Below, piece by piece: positions 53,501 through 64,000 of a stretch of 64,000 nucleotides of DNA (its first letter is position 1; each line of letters begins with the position of its first letter). The notes beneath the pieces were generated by a model. That model worked only from the letters and a program-made list of their open reading frames with translations. It did not search any database and was not told the DNA's origin. Made by a program: the position numbers and the translations under genes. The DNA is from Macrostomum hystrix (Eukaryota; Animalia; Platyhelminthes). The stretch spans positions 11,718,001 through 11,782,000 of the forward strand of contig CATNEN010000001.1 in assembly GCA_950097015.1 (NCBI GenBank), given 5' to 3'.

Positions 53501-56500
53501 CAATCTTGAAGGATGAAGTCAAACAATCTTGGAAGGATGACGTCAAACATTTTTGGAAAGATGACGTCAAACATTCCTGGAAGGATGACGTCAAGCATTC
53601 TTGGAAGGATGACGTCAAACATTTTTGGAAAGATGACGTCAAACATTCCTGGAAGGATGACGTCAAGCATTCTTGGAAGGATGATGTCAAACATTTTTGG
53701 AAAGATGACGTCAAAAATTCTTCGAATGATTAGTTGACGTAGTATTCCTTAAAGCATGCCTCTCCAAGACACGGACTGAACATCGGTACACAGCCTTTGA
53801 AAGCGCTGCATAATAGCTGCGGCTTTGGCACTGATTGTACATGAGGCCCAACTGGGCCAGGTGCAATTCCAAATTACAATCCGTAAGTGATTAGCACCTT
53901 ACAATAATTAGGAGAGACGCTGCTGATCAAGAGACGATTTATGCTTCAGCAAAGTGCTCTCCAACTTTGCCAATGCAGGGCCTGGAAGACAGCCAATCCG
54001 AGACTGACGAACGCGAAAGAGAACGCGAGACGCACGCGGCGCGAACCTACGTCAGCAGTTTGGAGTTTGGCAAATTTTCGCGACGTCAACGGCGTCAACA
54101 GCAGAGTCTGACAGCATCTGGAGGAATCGGACTGGAAGATGGGCATCCACTAGACGACGCAAGTTCAGACAGCAGCTGCGCCAGACTGGTGGAACATTTG
54201 CACCTGGGCGACGCTCACGACACGGATTCGTCGTGCGGAAGGCGAGATTCGTCAACTCTGAATGGCCTACCGCCGCACGACGAGATTGTGTTCTGCTTTG
54301 TGCGACACATGAAGAATTGCATTGTGCAGCCAGAGTTCGAGCTCTGCCTGGCTGATCACGAGTACTTTAAGCCAGAGATCACCTACGCAGAGATGTAGTG
54401 AGTAGGCCCTTCAATACATTCGGATGATAGGGATGGAATGACAGACGAAAAATGAGATTCATGACGATGGATTAAGATTCTAGATGACGGACTGGGATTC
54501 TAGGCAAAGAATAGGGATCCTAGTTAAAAGTTCTAGAATAGGATTCTAGATAATGGATTGGGATTCTAGATAATGGATTGCGATTCTAGATAATGGATTG
54601 GTATTCTAGATAATCGATTTGGATTCTAGATAATGGATTGGGATTCTAGATAATGGATTGGGATTCTAGATAATAGGTTGGGATTCTAGATAATGGATAG
54701 GGTTCTAGATAATGATTGGATTGAAGATAGTGGATTGGGATTCTAGATAATGGATTGGTATTCTAGATAATCGATTTGGATTCTAGATAATGGATTGGGA
54801 TTCTAGATAATGGATTGGGATTCTAGATAATAGGTTGGGATTCTAGATAATGGATTGGGTTCTAGATAATGATTGGATTGAAGATAGTGGATTGGGATTC
54901 TAGATAATGGATTGGTATTCTAGATAATCGATTTGGATTCTAGATAATGGATTGGGATTCTAGATAATGGATTGGGATTTAAGATGGAGGATTGGAATGT
55001 CATATACTGTACAGGGGATTCTAGACATTAAAGACAGGGATTTTATTCTCTTTCATCAAACAATTGAATTGGATTTCCATTGAACCCAATACGTCAATCA
55101 TGATTTCAAGTTTCATTCAGCACGTGGATCGGGTCATCCAAGAGGACTACGTGCCATCGCTGCAGGACATCCTCGCAATCCGAAAGCCCAGCGATGCGGT
55201 TAGGCAGACTGAATTTCAAATCGCTGGCACCACGTTTCGGTGAGTGAAAAATTAGCCTCAATTGTGTTAACAGTTGAACTACCAAGGGGAGAAGTCCCTA
55301 AATTTGCATCAGGGACCTGTGGTTGAGCATCTCCTAATATTGAGGCTTTGTCAGCGAAATAGAAGAAATTTGCATCAACGTGTCCATAGGCGGCAGGTTG
55401 TTGAAGGTCCGGAAGCTCCGTCTAGGTAAAGGTCGGTGACCACAGAAGTCGTAGATAATACAGTTTGAAGGCCTGGCAAGGCCGCACTGAGGCAAATTCG
55501 TGTATAGGGGAAAAATCTGATCCAAAAGTTGAATATCTCGACAATCTGAAGAGTTAGCGACTTGATTCTTGTTTCAGAAGATAAGCAACATAAAGTTGGC
55601 GCCGTGTTATTGAACTTCGTGTCGTGTGCTTGAAATAGCTTGGAAGTTCTACTGTAAAACATGCAGTGTTTTTTAATATCTTTTTTTCTCACAGCATGAT
55701 CGACCTGGCTGGTCAGCGCAGCCAGCGGCACAAGTGGATTCACTACTTCGAGGACGTCAACGCCGTACTATTTGTCAGCTCTTTGTCAGGTTTCGCTGAA
55801 CTAGTTGAAGAGGAAGACAGAACCGTAAGCTCTGTGAACCCCTGTGTTTGTGTCCCCTTTTAAAAATACGGCTAGACCACATTCATTTAGGGGCTTGTCG
55901 TGCAACTTACGCTTTTGAAGGCCAACCCCCAATTTGGGATAATAAATTCGGGGCAGATGTACACACAGGATGTACACACAGGATGTACACACAGGATGTA
56001 CACACAGGATGTACACACAGGATGTACACACAGGATGTACACACAGGATGTACACACAGGATGTACACACAGGATGTACACACAGGATGTACACACAGGA
56101 TGTACACACAGGATGTACACACAGGATGTACACACAGGATATACACACGACTGTGTTGAAATGTATAATCCGCGAATTCATATTGGTTTAAGAATGAAAT
56201 GTTTTTTAGCAGAAAAATATGGCCTATATTTGGTGGTTTTTGCCACCAGATGCCCCTACAAGAATCGTTGAATATATCGACGATGTCTATGTTTTGTGAT
56301 TCTGGAAGTTGCTTCATCGGAGAGAGTGGAAAATTTTAGCATGTTTTCTGGATTTTAATTGCAATTGGTTGAACATTTTGGCAGATACAGAAAAAAAGAG
56401 AATTGTGGTTAATGTCCAGGAAAAAAACAACATGCTTAGAAAAAAAAAATTAACTACAACTTAATCAACAGACAATCAAGATGTCCGACTGTCTGTCAAC

Positions 56501-59500
56501 ATTCAGCGAGATCATCACCAACAAATACTTGTGGAAGAAAGATTTCTTTCTGTTTCTAAACAAACTGGACGCATTCGAGCAGAAGCTGAAGAAGAAGAGC
56601 ATCACTGGACTCTTTCCCGATTATCGAGGTGAGTAAATTAGGAAGGGCGTGACAGACAGAAGCTAGTCACAGATAGGAGAGTGTGACAGACAGAAGAATG
56701 GTGTGACAGACACAGGAATGGTGTGACAGACACAGGAATGGTGTGACAGACACAGGAATGGTGTGACAGACACAGGAATGGTGTGACAGACACAGGAATG
56801 GTGTGACAGACACAGGAATGGTGTGACAGACACAGGAATGGTGTGACAGACACAGGAATGGTGTGACAGACACAGGAATGGTGTGACAGACACAGGAATG
56901 GTGTGACAGACACAGGAATGGTGTGACAGACACAGGAATGGTGTGACAGACACAGGAATGGTGTGACAGACACAGGAATGGTGTGACAGATACAGGAATG
57001 GTGTGACAGACACAGGAATGGTGTGACAGACACAGGAATGGTGTGACAGACACAGGAATGGTGTGACAGACACAGGAATGGTGTGACAGACACAGGAATG
57101 GTGTGACAGACACAGGAATGGTGTGACAGACACAGGAATGGTGTGACAGACACAGGAATGGTGTGACAGACACAGGAATGGTGTGACAGACACAGGAATG
57201 GTGTGACAGACACAGGAATGGTGTGACAGACACAGGAATGGTGTGACAGACACAGGAATGGTGTGACAGACACAGGAATGGTGTGACAGACACAGGAATG
57301 GTGTGACAGACACAGGAATGGTGTGACAGAGACCCTGAAAATGACACCGCTAATGTCGCCAATTCCAGGCCATGACGAGGTGAATCAGTGCGCGCAGTAT
57401 ATCAAGGAAAAATTTGTCAGCCTGATACCAAAGAACATGCCAAAGTCCAAGAAGATATACACGCACATCATCACAGCCATAGACATTGACAGCATGAAGA
57501 GTCTCTTCAAGGAGGTGCTGCACAGAGTGGCAGAAGCTAATCTGAAGAAGAGCATCAACATCTTCTAGGAGAAAACGGAAGAAAAAAACTTGATTGAATT
57601 TATCGCCTAATTATTCAGTTGTAATCTTACTTTGAACCATTGCGAAAACTGTAACACATGGACCAAATGTAATGTGATATTGAACTGTGAAAAATACATA
57701 TTAATAAAGCGCTTGAATGCACACTATAAAGACAAAGGCACTTCCGGAACCGGGTGAAAAGAGCTTCAGGTACTTCAGGAACCGGGTGAAAAGAGCTTCA
57801 GGTACTTCAGGAACCGGGTGAAAATAGATTCAGGTACTTCAGGAACCGAGTAGAGAAACATTCAGGTACTTCAGGAACCAGGTGAAAATATATTCAGGCA
57901 CTTCAGGAACCAGGTGAAAATAGATTCAGGTACTTCAGGAACCGGGTGAAAATAGATTCAGGTACTTCAGGAACCGAGTAGAGAAACATTCAGGTACTTC
58001 AGGAACCAGGTGAAAATATATTCAGGCACTTCAGGAACCAGGTGAAAATAGATTTAGGTACTTCAGTAACCGGGAGAAAATAGATTCAGGTACTTCAGTA
58101 ACCGGGAGAAAATAGATTCAGGTACTTCAATAACTAGGTGAAAATAGATTCAGGTACTTCAGTAACCGGGCGAAAAGAGCTTCAGAAACTTCAGGAAGCG
58201 GGTGAAAATATATTCAGGTACTTCAGTAACCGGGTGAAAATAGATTCAGGTACTTCAGGAACCAGGTGAAAAGAGATTCAGGTACTTCAGTAACCGGGTG
58301 AAAAGAGATTCAGGTACTTCAGTAACCGGGTGAAAATAGATTCAGGTACTTCAGTAACCGGGTGAAAAGAGATTCAGGTACTTCAGTAACCGGGTGAAAA
58401 GAGATTCAGGTACTTCAGTAACCGGGTGAAAAGAGATTCAGGTACTTCAGTAACCGGGTGAAAAGAGATTCAGGTGCTTCAGTAACCGGGTGAAAATAGA
58501 TTCAGGTACTTCAGTAACTGGGTGAAAAGAGATTCAGGTACTTCAGTAACCGGGTGAAAAGAGATTCAGGTACTTCAGTAACCGTGTAGAGAAAGTTGCA
58601 GGTTCTTCAGGCTAATCAGTAGCATCTCACGGCATTCTCACCTGTGACTCAGCACCATCTCACGATCGTATCGATAGCGCAGCTGGTGCAGCAGGTGCTC
58701 GGCGCTGAGATAGCCAGGAAGAGGTGCTGCCAGGTGTTCCAGATCGCTCGCCAGTCGCCAAACCAGCAGTCGATAATGATTCTGACACCAGGCATCGGTG
58801 AGGCCGGCAGTTCGAATTCCTGGCTGAGAGCGCAGTCTAGACAGCAATTCTTGCCAACCGACGCCGTCCGGTAGACGATAATCGACGGCTGATTCAAAGT
58901 CGATGGTGGAGGTCACGCCGGCAGTGTCGGCAGCAGTGAGAGGAACTCGTTCGCCTGCGGCGGCGAGCCTAAGTCGAGCCCGACTCAACTCGCCAAGTCC
59001 AGTTTCAGCCTTAGATAACAATTTTAATAGCAAAAATTATTACTTATTATTGTTTGAGGATCTGAAAGGGCGACTGAGGATCCTGAAGGTTTCTTGAGGA
59101 TCTGAAAGTTTGGTTGAGTCTCTGGAAGGTTGGCTGAGGATCTGGAAGGTTGGCTGAGGATCTGAAAGGTGGACTGGGGATCCTGAAGGTTTGTTGAGGA
59201 TCTGGAAGTTTGGCTGAGTCTCTGGAAGGTTGGCTGAGTCTCTGGAAGGTTGGCTGAGGATCTGGAAGGTTGGCTGAGGATCTGAAAGGTGGACTGGGGA
59301 TCCTGAAGGTTTTTTGAGGATCTGGAAGTTTGGCTGAGTCTCTGGAAGGTTGGCTGAGGATCTGAAAGGTGGACTGGGGATCCTGAAGGTTTGTTGAGGA
59401 TCTGAAAGTTTGGTTGAGGATCTGGAAGGTTGGTTGAGGATCTGGAAGGTTGGTTGAGGATCTGGAAGGTTGTCGGAGGATCTGGAAGGTCGGCGAAGGA

Positions 59501-62249
59501 TCTCTGTATTCTCACTCACCGAGGCTGACATTGTCTGTGGCGGAGCCGGTGGGTTTCTGAACTGCACTGGCGTTGTCGGCGGCTGCGGTGTCTGACGCCG
59601 CAGTCCAGCCGACGAAGGCAACTGTCTAAAACGATAGACCGTCGACGAGCAGCTAGCAGGAGTGGCTGCGTTAGAGGTGCCACCAAGAACAGCAACAGAT
59701 CGCGGCGTACGATTTTGCATCGGAGTTACAAACCGAGGTCGAGACACGCTGGACAGTCGGGGCGTTGTAGCGGCCGTTTTAATCGTCGCCGTTGCTGCCT
59801 TGGGAGTCGCAACAACCGTCGAATTGCCGTCAGTACCGCTGACGCCCTCGTCACCCTCGTCAGCCTCGACGGCGGCTGAAAGAAGAAGCGCTTTGGCTTT
59901 GGCTATCGAACTGGCCGACACCTGCACTGACCGACCGCCGGCTGTGGAAAATCCACCGCCGCCGCTGCTGCCACCGCCGCCGCTGACGATACCGCCTACA
60001 GGCTCACTTTCAACGTCCGCGTCATCCTCCAGCAGTTGTCGAGCTCGCTTCAATGCCGAACTCGAGACAGCAACGGAGCGACCACCGGCGGTGGAAAAGC
60101 CGGCTGAGCCGCGAGGGGAACCAGACGGCCTTTTCAAGTCTTTGTTGCTGGCTTTTTTAGCAATTTCTTCTTCAGCAGCCTCCGCTGCCATCTGTTGGGC
60201 GCGTTGCACTGCCTCGGTGGAAACTTTCAATGATTTCCCGCCGGCTGTAGCAAAGCCAGCTTTGCTTGGCTTGGCTCCGATCACTTCGGCGTCAATTGGC
60301 TGTTCCTCAACTTTGTCGGCTTCAGTTTCTAATTGGCGAGCTCGTCGCATTGCGTCGGCTGAGAAGGTGACGACGCGACCGGAGGCGGTTGAGAAGCCGC
60401 CCCCTGTGCCGCCGGCAGCGCCAACGCTGAAACCGACCCCAACACCAGGGACACTATGACTAGCCCTACCGATGTTGCTTTTTAACCAGCTTGTGTCTTC
60501 ATCTTCATCAGCAGCTTCAGATCCTCCTCCATCTGCTTTTTCGTTTTCATCTTCTTTACTAACGCAGCTTTTCGCCGCCATTTCGGCCAAAACATTCTGG
60601 GTGAAGTTTTCAAAGTTATCAGCTAGGAGAGCGTCGACGCCTTCGTTGATGTCGCGAATCTGAGTGGCGGTTAAATCGCCGTAGTCCGGCGGTGCGTGGG
60701 CGGATCTATCCGAAGTTGCGTGGGCGGATCTATCCGAAGTTGCGTGGGCGGATCTATCCGAAGTTGCGTGGGCGGATCTATCCGAAGTTGCGTGGGCGGA
60801 TCTATCCGACGGTGCGTGGGCGGATCTATCCGACGGTGCGTGGGCGAATCTATCCGACGGTGCGTGGGCGGATCTATTCGACGGTGCGTGGGCGAATCTA
60901 TCCGACGGTGCGTGGGCGGATCTATCCGATGGTGCGTGGGCGAATCTATCCGATGGTGCGTGGGCGGATCTATCCGATGGTGCGTGGGCGAATCTATCCG
61001 ATGGTGCGTGGGCGGATCTATCCGACGGTGCGTGGGCATATGCGTGTGCGGATCTATCCGACGCAGCATCAGCGACATCTGATTCGCCAGGAGGCCTACG
61101 TCTAGTCGCCATGCGAGCATCAAGTTGTAGACGCGCTTCTGCTGTAGCAACAGCAATGTCCCGCCTAGTCTCGGCATCGGTTGGATAGACCAACGGCACC
61201 GACCAGCGGCACAATAGTTGAAGAAGATTCCGATGCGGTCGCAGCGACGGTATGTTGTCCAGGTTGAATGGCTGTTTAAAGCGAGTCAGGAAAAATTATA
61301 ATGTGAGTTTTGTGCGTTACGAGTACATGCTCAAAGACGGTGATAAAGTCAAGATGAAAAAATGGCCAACCTCAAAGGCTAAAGCAGTGGCAGTTGCAGC
61401 ATGGGTAGCGTTGACATTCGCTGTATCAGTTCGACAATCAAAATCGTCTTCGTCGTCATTCGCATATAGGTGGGCTTGATTAACGGCTTGCCTGACATTT
61501 TCAGTGGCCGGCATAGCCATGGCAACGTTTTTTGTTGGCTTGGGTTTTAAAGGCTTCGATACTGAAAATTGACGTGTGTTTGGATTCTCAGTTACACATA
61601 AGCTAAACGTTTTAGGCACAAGTTGAATGTGTTAGACACAATTTTAAAGTGTTAGACATTACTTGAACGTTTTATACACAATCTGAAAGTGTTAGAAATA
61701 ATCCGAACGTGTTAGACCTAAGCTGAACGTGTTAGACACAGGTTAAACTTGTTAGACATAATTTGAGCGTGTTAGACACAAGCTGAACGTGTTAGACACA
61801 GGTTGAACTTGTTAGACATAATTTGAGCGTGTTAGACAACTTGAAACTGTTAAGTTGATCGATCCGAACATTTTAAACTCATTTTTAAACATTTTATACA
61901 CCACCTGAACGTGTTAGACATAATTTGAGCGTGTTAGACAACTTGAAACTGTTAAGTTGTTCGATTCGAACATTTTAAACACATTTTTTAAACTTCTTAG
62001 ACACAAGCTAAACAGGTTAGACAAGCTAAAACATGACAGAACAAAAAATGTGTGTTCGACACGAACTATAATACGTTAAAATCATAAAAATGACTTACAA
62101 GCCTCTACAATCTCCGGAGTGACCAGCGACCAGTTTTCATCTCCAACACCAGCCTGTCCGCCATGCTCATTCTTATGCAGACTGTCGTGAATGAATTCAA
62201 TTAGGCTAGCAACCCCGGCCTTCAATTCGGCATTGTTATCTACGGACAT
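38592..62249 (-). CDS. BRCA2: BRCA2 homolog; 9 exons: 62249-62099, 61561-61371, 61271-59520, 59009-58642, 42691-42577, 42056-41556, 41186-40767, 40310-39963, 39281-38592
   Basis: Four BRC repeats (FSTASG, FATAGG, FSTAGG x2, each followed by ...AxxL/M). The helical domain WCQNHYRLLVWRLAS...LLHQLRYRYDRE joins in frame across a 15,950-nt intron to RPCIRRILERD. OB1 (LTDGWY...LHGNSTRR), tower and OB2/OB3 segments follow. The first two exons are less certain. Confidence 0.92.
39320..39950. repeat. 34-nt intronic minisatellite (GAAGGATCAGGGGATGGGTAACGATGAAGTTCCT)
   Basis: Fills BRCA2 intron 8. Confidence 0.92.
40355..40685. repeat. 21-nt intronic minisatellite (GGGGATCTTGGAATTTTATGC)
   Basis: BRCA2 intron 7. 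Confidence 0.92.
42205..42450 (+). mobile_element. SINE family B copy
   Basis: gagctcgattccgcggcgaggcc...gggccaacctccaaggcacagtgag...gggcagatgtacacacctg; in BRCA2 intron 5. Confidence 0.78.
42730..43580. repeat. 16-nt minisatellite (GGGAGAGATGAGACAC), second locus
   Basis: Same unit and orientation as 4258-4985; lies just upstream of the BRCA2 intron 4 acceptor. Confidence 0.92.
44628..48735 (+). CDS. NLR-type receptor: DZIP3-like HEPN + CARD/death-fold + NACHT + RI-like LRRs (~1286 aa); exons 44628-44681, 44769-45888, 45976-46117, 46191-48735
   Basis: Walker A VVIEGDPGTGKSTL, Walker B LLIVDGYED, winged-helix-like FGNRLIQEYLAA, and LRRs (LRILDFSG, IILLDLSG, ALKINNKLEKLFL). CARD-like segment VVEHLMSKEIISQDESTEI...LIDFLVPKS...FVESLK. 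HEPN-like segment WHTLYP...YDLRLLILLVK...PNGW...P...D. The spliced length is a multiple of 3. Confidence 0.88.
50278..57568 (+). CDS. Atypical heterotrimeric G-protein alpha subunit (~690 aa); exons 50278-50664, 51978-52107, 52639-52823, 53022-53357, 53979-54397, 55111-55239, 55695-55824, 56472-56628, 57369-57568
   Basis: SKQIDQLL...EIHLLLIGGNGCGKSTLVKQFRIHY, DYVPSLQDILAIR, DLAGQRSQRHKWIHYFEDV, LFLNKLD and IYTHIITAID are all G-alpha motifs. All junctions are GT-AG with matching phases. The first exon is the least certain. Confidence 0.87.
50735..51220. repeat. 32-nt intronic minisatellite (CAGTTGCTATGCCACCCAGTTCATCAGGGTGT)
   Basis: ~15 copies; G-alpha intron 1. Confidence 0.92.
52205..52500 (+). 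mobile_element. SINE family B, most complete copy
   Basis: tRNA-like head ggtggcagagcgtttaacgcg...gtccctaagttaaatttc plus the shared body. Confidence 0.78.
53459..53720. repeat. 24-nt intronic minisatellite containing TGACGTCA
   Basis: ggaaggatgacgtcaaacattc(c/t)t x ~11; G-alpha intron 4. Confidence 0.9.
54535..54985. repeat. 20-nt intronic minisatellite (GGATTCTAGATAATGGATTG)
   Basis: G-alpha intron 5; higher-order block repeated. Confidence 0.9.
55955..56150. repeat. 13-nt intronic minisatellite (GGATGTACACACA)
   Basis: ~15 near-perfect copies; G-alpha intron 7. Confidence 0.93.
56680..57330. repeat. 20-nt intronic minisatellite (GTGTGACAGACACAGGAATG)
   Basis: ~32 almost identical copies; last G-alpha intron. 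Confidence 0.95.
57735..58590. repeat. 32-nt minisatellite (CGGGTGAAAAGAGATTCAGGTACTTCAGTAAC)
   Basis: Between the G-alpha AATAAA (~57703) and the BRCA2 intron 4 donor. Confidence 0.92.
59050..59503. repeat. ~20-nt intronic minisatellite (GAGGATCTGGAAGGTTGGCT)
   Basis: BRCA2 intron 3. Confidence 0.88.
60690..61065 (-). repeat. 24-nt coding tandem repeat (AHAPSDRS)n within BRCA2 exon 3
   Basis: ~15 in-frame units with no stop codon. Confidence 0.8.
61600..62040. repeat. Degenerate ~20-nt intronic repeat (GTGTTAGACAC...)
   Basis: BRCA2 intron 1. Confidence 0.75.
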
Positions 62250-62494
62250 CCGTGACGCTATTATTCGAGTTGCTTAGTTTCAACTACTGACTCGCTGAAA
62301 TTAGGAACATTGTGGTGTTGGTATATTTTCTATTAGAAAAACTTCTTATTTTCATTTTTGTTGTCTTTATTTTTGACGCCAATCAGATCATGACCAATTA
62401 TGCCTTAAATTGTTAAATTGAGAACTCCAGTCACCTCTGGACTTCAGAATTTTCAAATCTGCACATTTAAGTAACAGTGATCCTTCACCAGTCC

Positions 62495-63390
62495 CCTGAC
62501 ACTCTAGCAGATTCCCCTGAAGCTTTCAGAGACACTCTGACACCTCACTAGAACCCCGACACTTCAGTAGACCTTCTGACACTTCAGTAGACCTTCTGAC
62601 ACTTCAGTAGACCTTCTGACACTTCAGTAGACCTTCTGACACTTCAGTAGACCTTCTGACACTTCGGTAGATCCCTAACACTTCGGTAGACCCTGACATT
62701 TCAGTAGACCCCTGACACTTCAGCAGACCTTTTGACACCTCACTAGATCACTGACACTTCAGTAGACCCCTGACACTTCATTAAACCCCTGACACTTCAG
62801 CAGACCTTCTGACACTTCAGTAGACCCCTGACACTTCAGTAGACCCCTGACACTTTAGTACAACCCCTGACACTTCAGTAGACCCCTGACACTTCAGCAG
62901 ACCTTCTGACACTTCAGCAGACCTTCTGACACTTCAGTAGACCCCTGACACTTCAGTAGACCCCTGACACTTCAGTAGACCCCTGACACTTCAGTAGACC
63001 CCTGACACTTCAGTAGACCCCTGACACTTTAGTACAACCCCTGACACTTCAGTAGACCCCTGACACTTTAGTACAACCCCTGACACTTTAGTACAACCCC
63101 TGACACTTCAGTAGACCCCTGACACTTTAGTACAACCCCTGACACTTCAGTAGACCCCTGACACTTCAGCAGACCTTCTGACACTTCAGCAGACCTTCTG
63201 ACACTTCAGTAGACCCCTGACACTTCAGTAGACCCCTGACACTTCAGTAGACCCCTGACACTTCAGTAGACCCCTGACACTTCAGTAGACCCCTGACACT
63301 TTAGTACAACCCCTGACACTTCAGTAGACCCCTGACACTTTAGTACAACCCCTGACACTTTAGTACAACCCCTGACACTTTAGTAGACTC
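62495..63390. repeat. 19/20-nt minisatellite (CTTCAGTAGACCCCTGACA)
   Basis: Upstream of the BRCA2 start codon. Confidence 0.92.
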
Positions 63391-64000
63391 GGAGATCCTT
63401 CATCCGTGACCCTTAAGTAGACCGTTGACCCCTTCAAAGACCAACCCAATTGACTTTTTAATAGTCAATTTTGGCACTTGCAAGTGTTTTATAATATTTT
63501 CCTTTGCATGCCGTACATTTTTAATAAGATTCTGTAAGACAAATAAGTAGAATTTTCCAGAATAGTGCCACTTTCCAAGAAAATAACATTTATTTAAAAA
63601 AATATTTTTTCTTCTAAACTTTTACTTTATTTAACATTAAAATTTCTAGTCAATTGAAATATGTACAGTTTTTTAAAACAGGAAATAATTTTAATTGAGA
63701 ATAATCACTAACAGAGAAGGTTAAGCAGTGAAATATGAGCACAATGATAAAATTCATTATCTCAGTGCAAACGAATTTATTTGTACATGTCTTACATAAA
63801 AAACTTATTTTTTAACTTAGACTGGACGGCTAAAAAGCATTGTCAATCACGAGCGCAAATTATGACATCAACCTTTTGTGACCAGCACATATTGACCATT
63901 TAGCGATGAATCAAATACTTGCTTGGCAATGCAAGACAAACAGCTTGTAAACATATTGAATGATTCTTTTAGACTAATCCATACTGAGGATTTGGGATTC

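Noticed and set aside
59040-59519. C-terminal repeat part of the 724-aa ORF as BRCA2 coding sequence
   Set aside because: A strong donor (TCG|GTGAGT) at 59520 precedes the satellite and splices in frame to 59009.

Overview
Eukaryotic (animal, intron-containing) genomic DNA, not prokaryotic. Poly-Gln/Ala-rich coding exons, GT-AG introns, tRNA-derived SINEs and introns packed with minisatellites suggest an invertebrate such as the flatworm Macrostomum; that assignment is inference only. Genes reconstructed by hand, in order: 5' end of a secreted alpha-amylase (-), NUP35 (-), a 12-exon PIKfyve/Fab1 (-), a transposon-rich intergenic zone, a single-BIR IAP-like gene (+), a UAP56-binding-motif RG-rich gene (+), and a 9-exon BRCA2 (-). 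The ~16 kb fourth intron of BRCA2 holds two complete opposite-strand genes: an NLR-type receptor (HEPN-like + CARD + NACHT + LRR) and a giant atypical G-alpha. About 25 tandem-repeat arrays (13-42 nt units) are present, mostly one private array per intron. One is an array of AG|GT splice-site pairs and another is an array of CRE/STAT-like motifs. Most repetitive ORFs in the supplied track are repeat artefacts. Exon boundaries were read by eye from splice consensus and frame continuity; none is transcript-verified.
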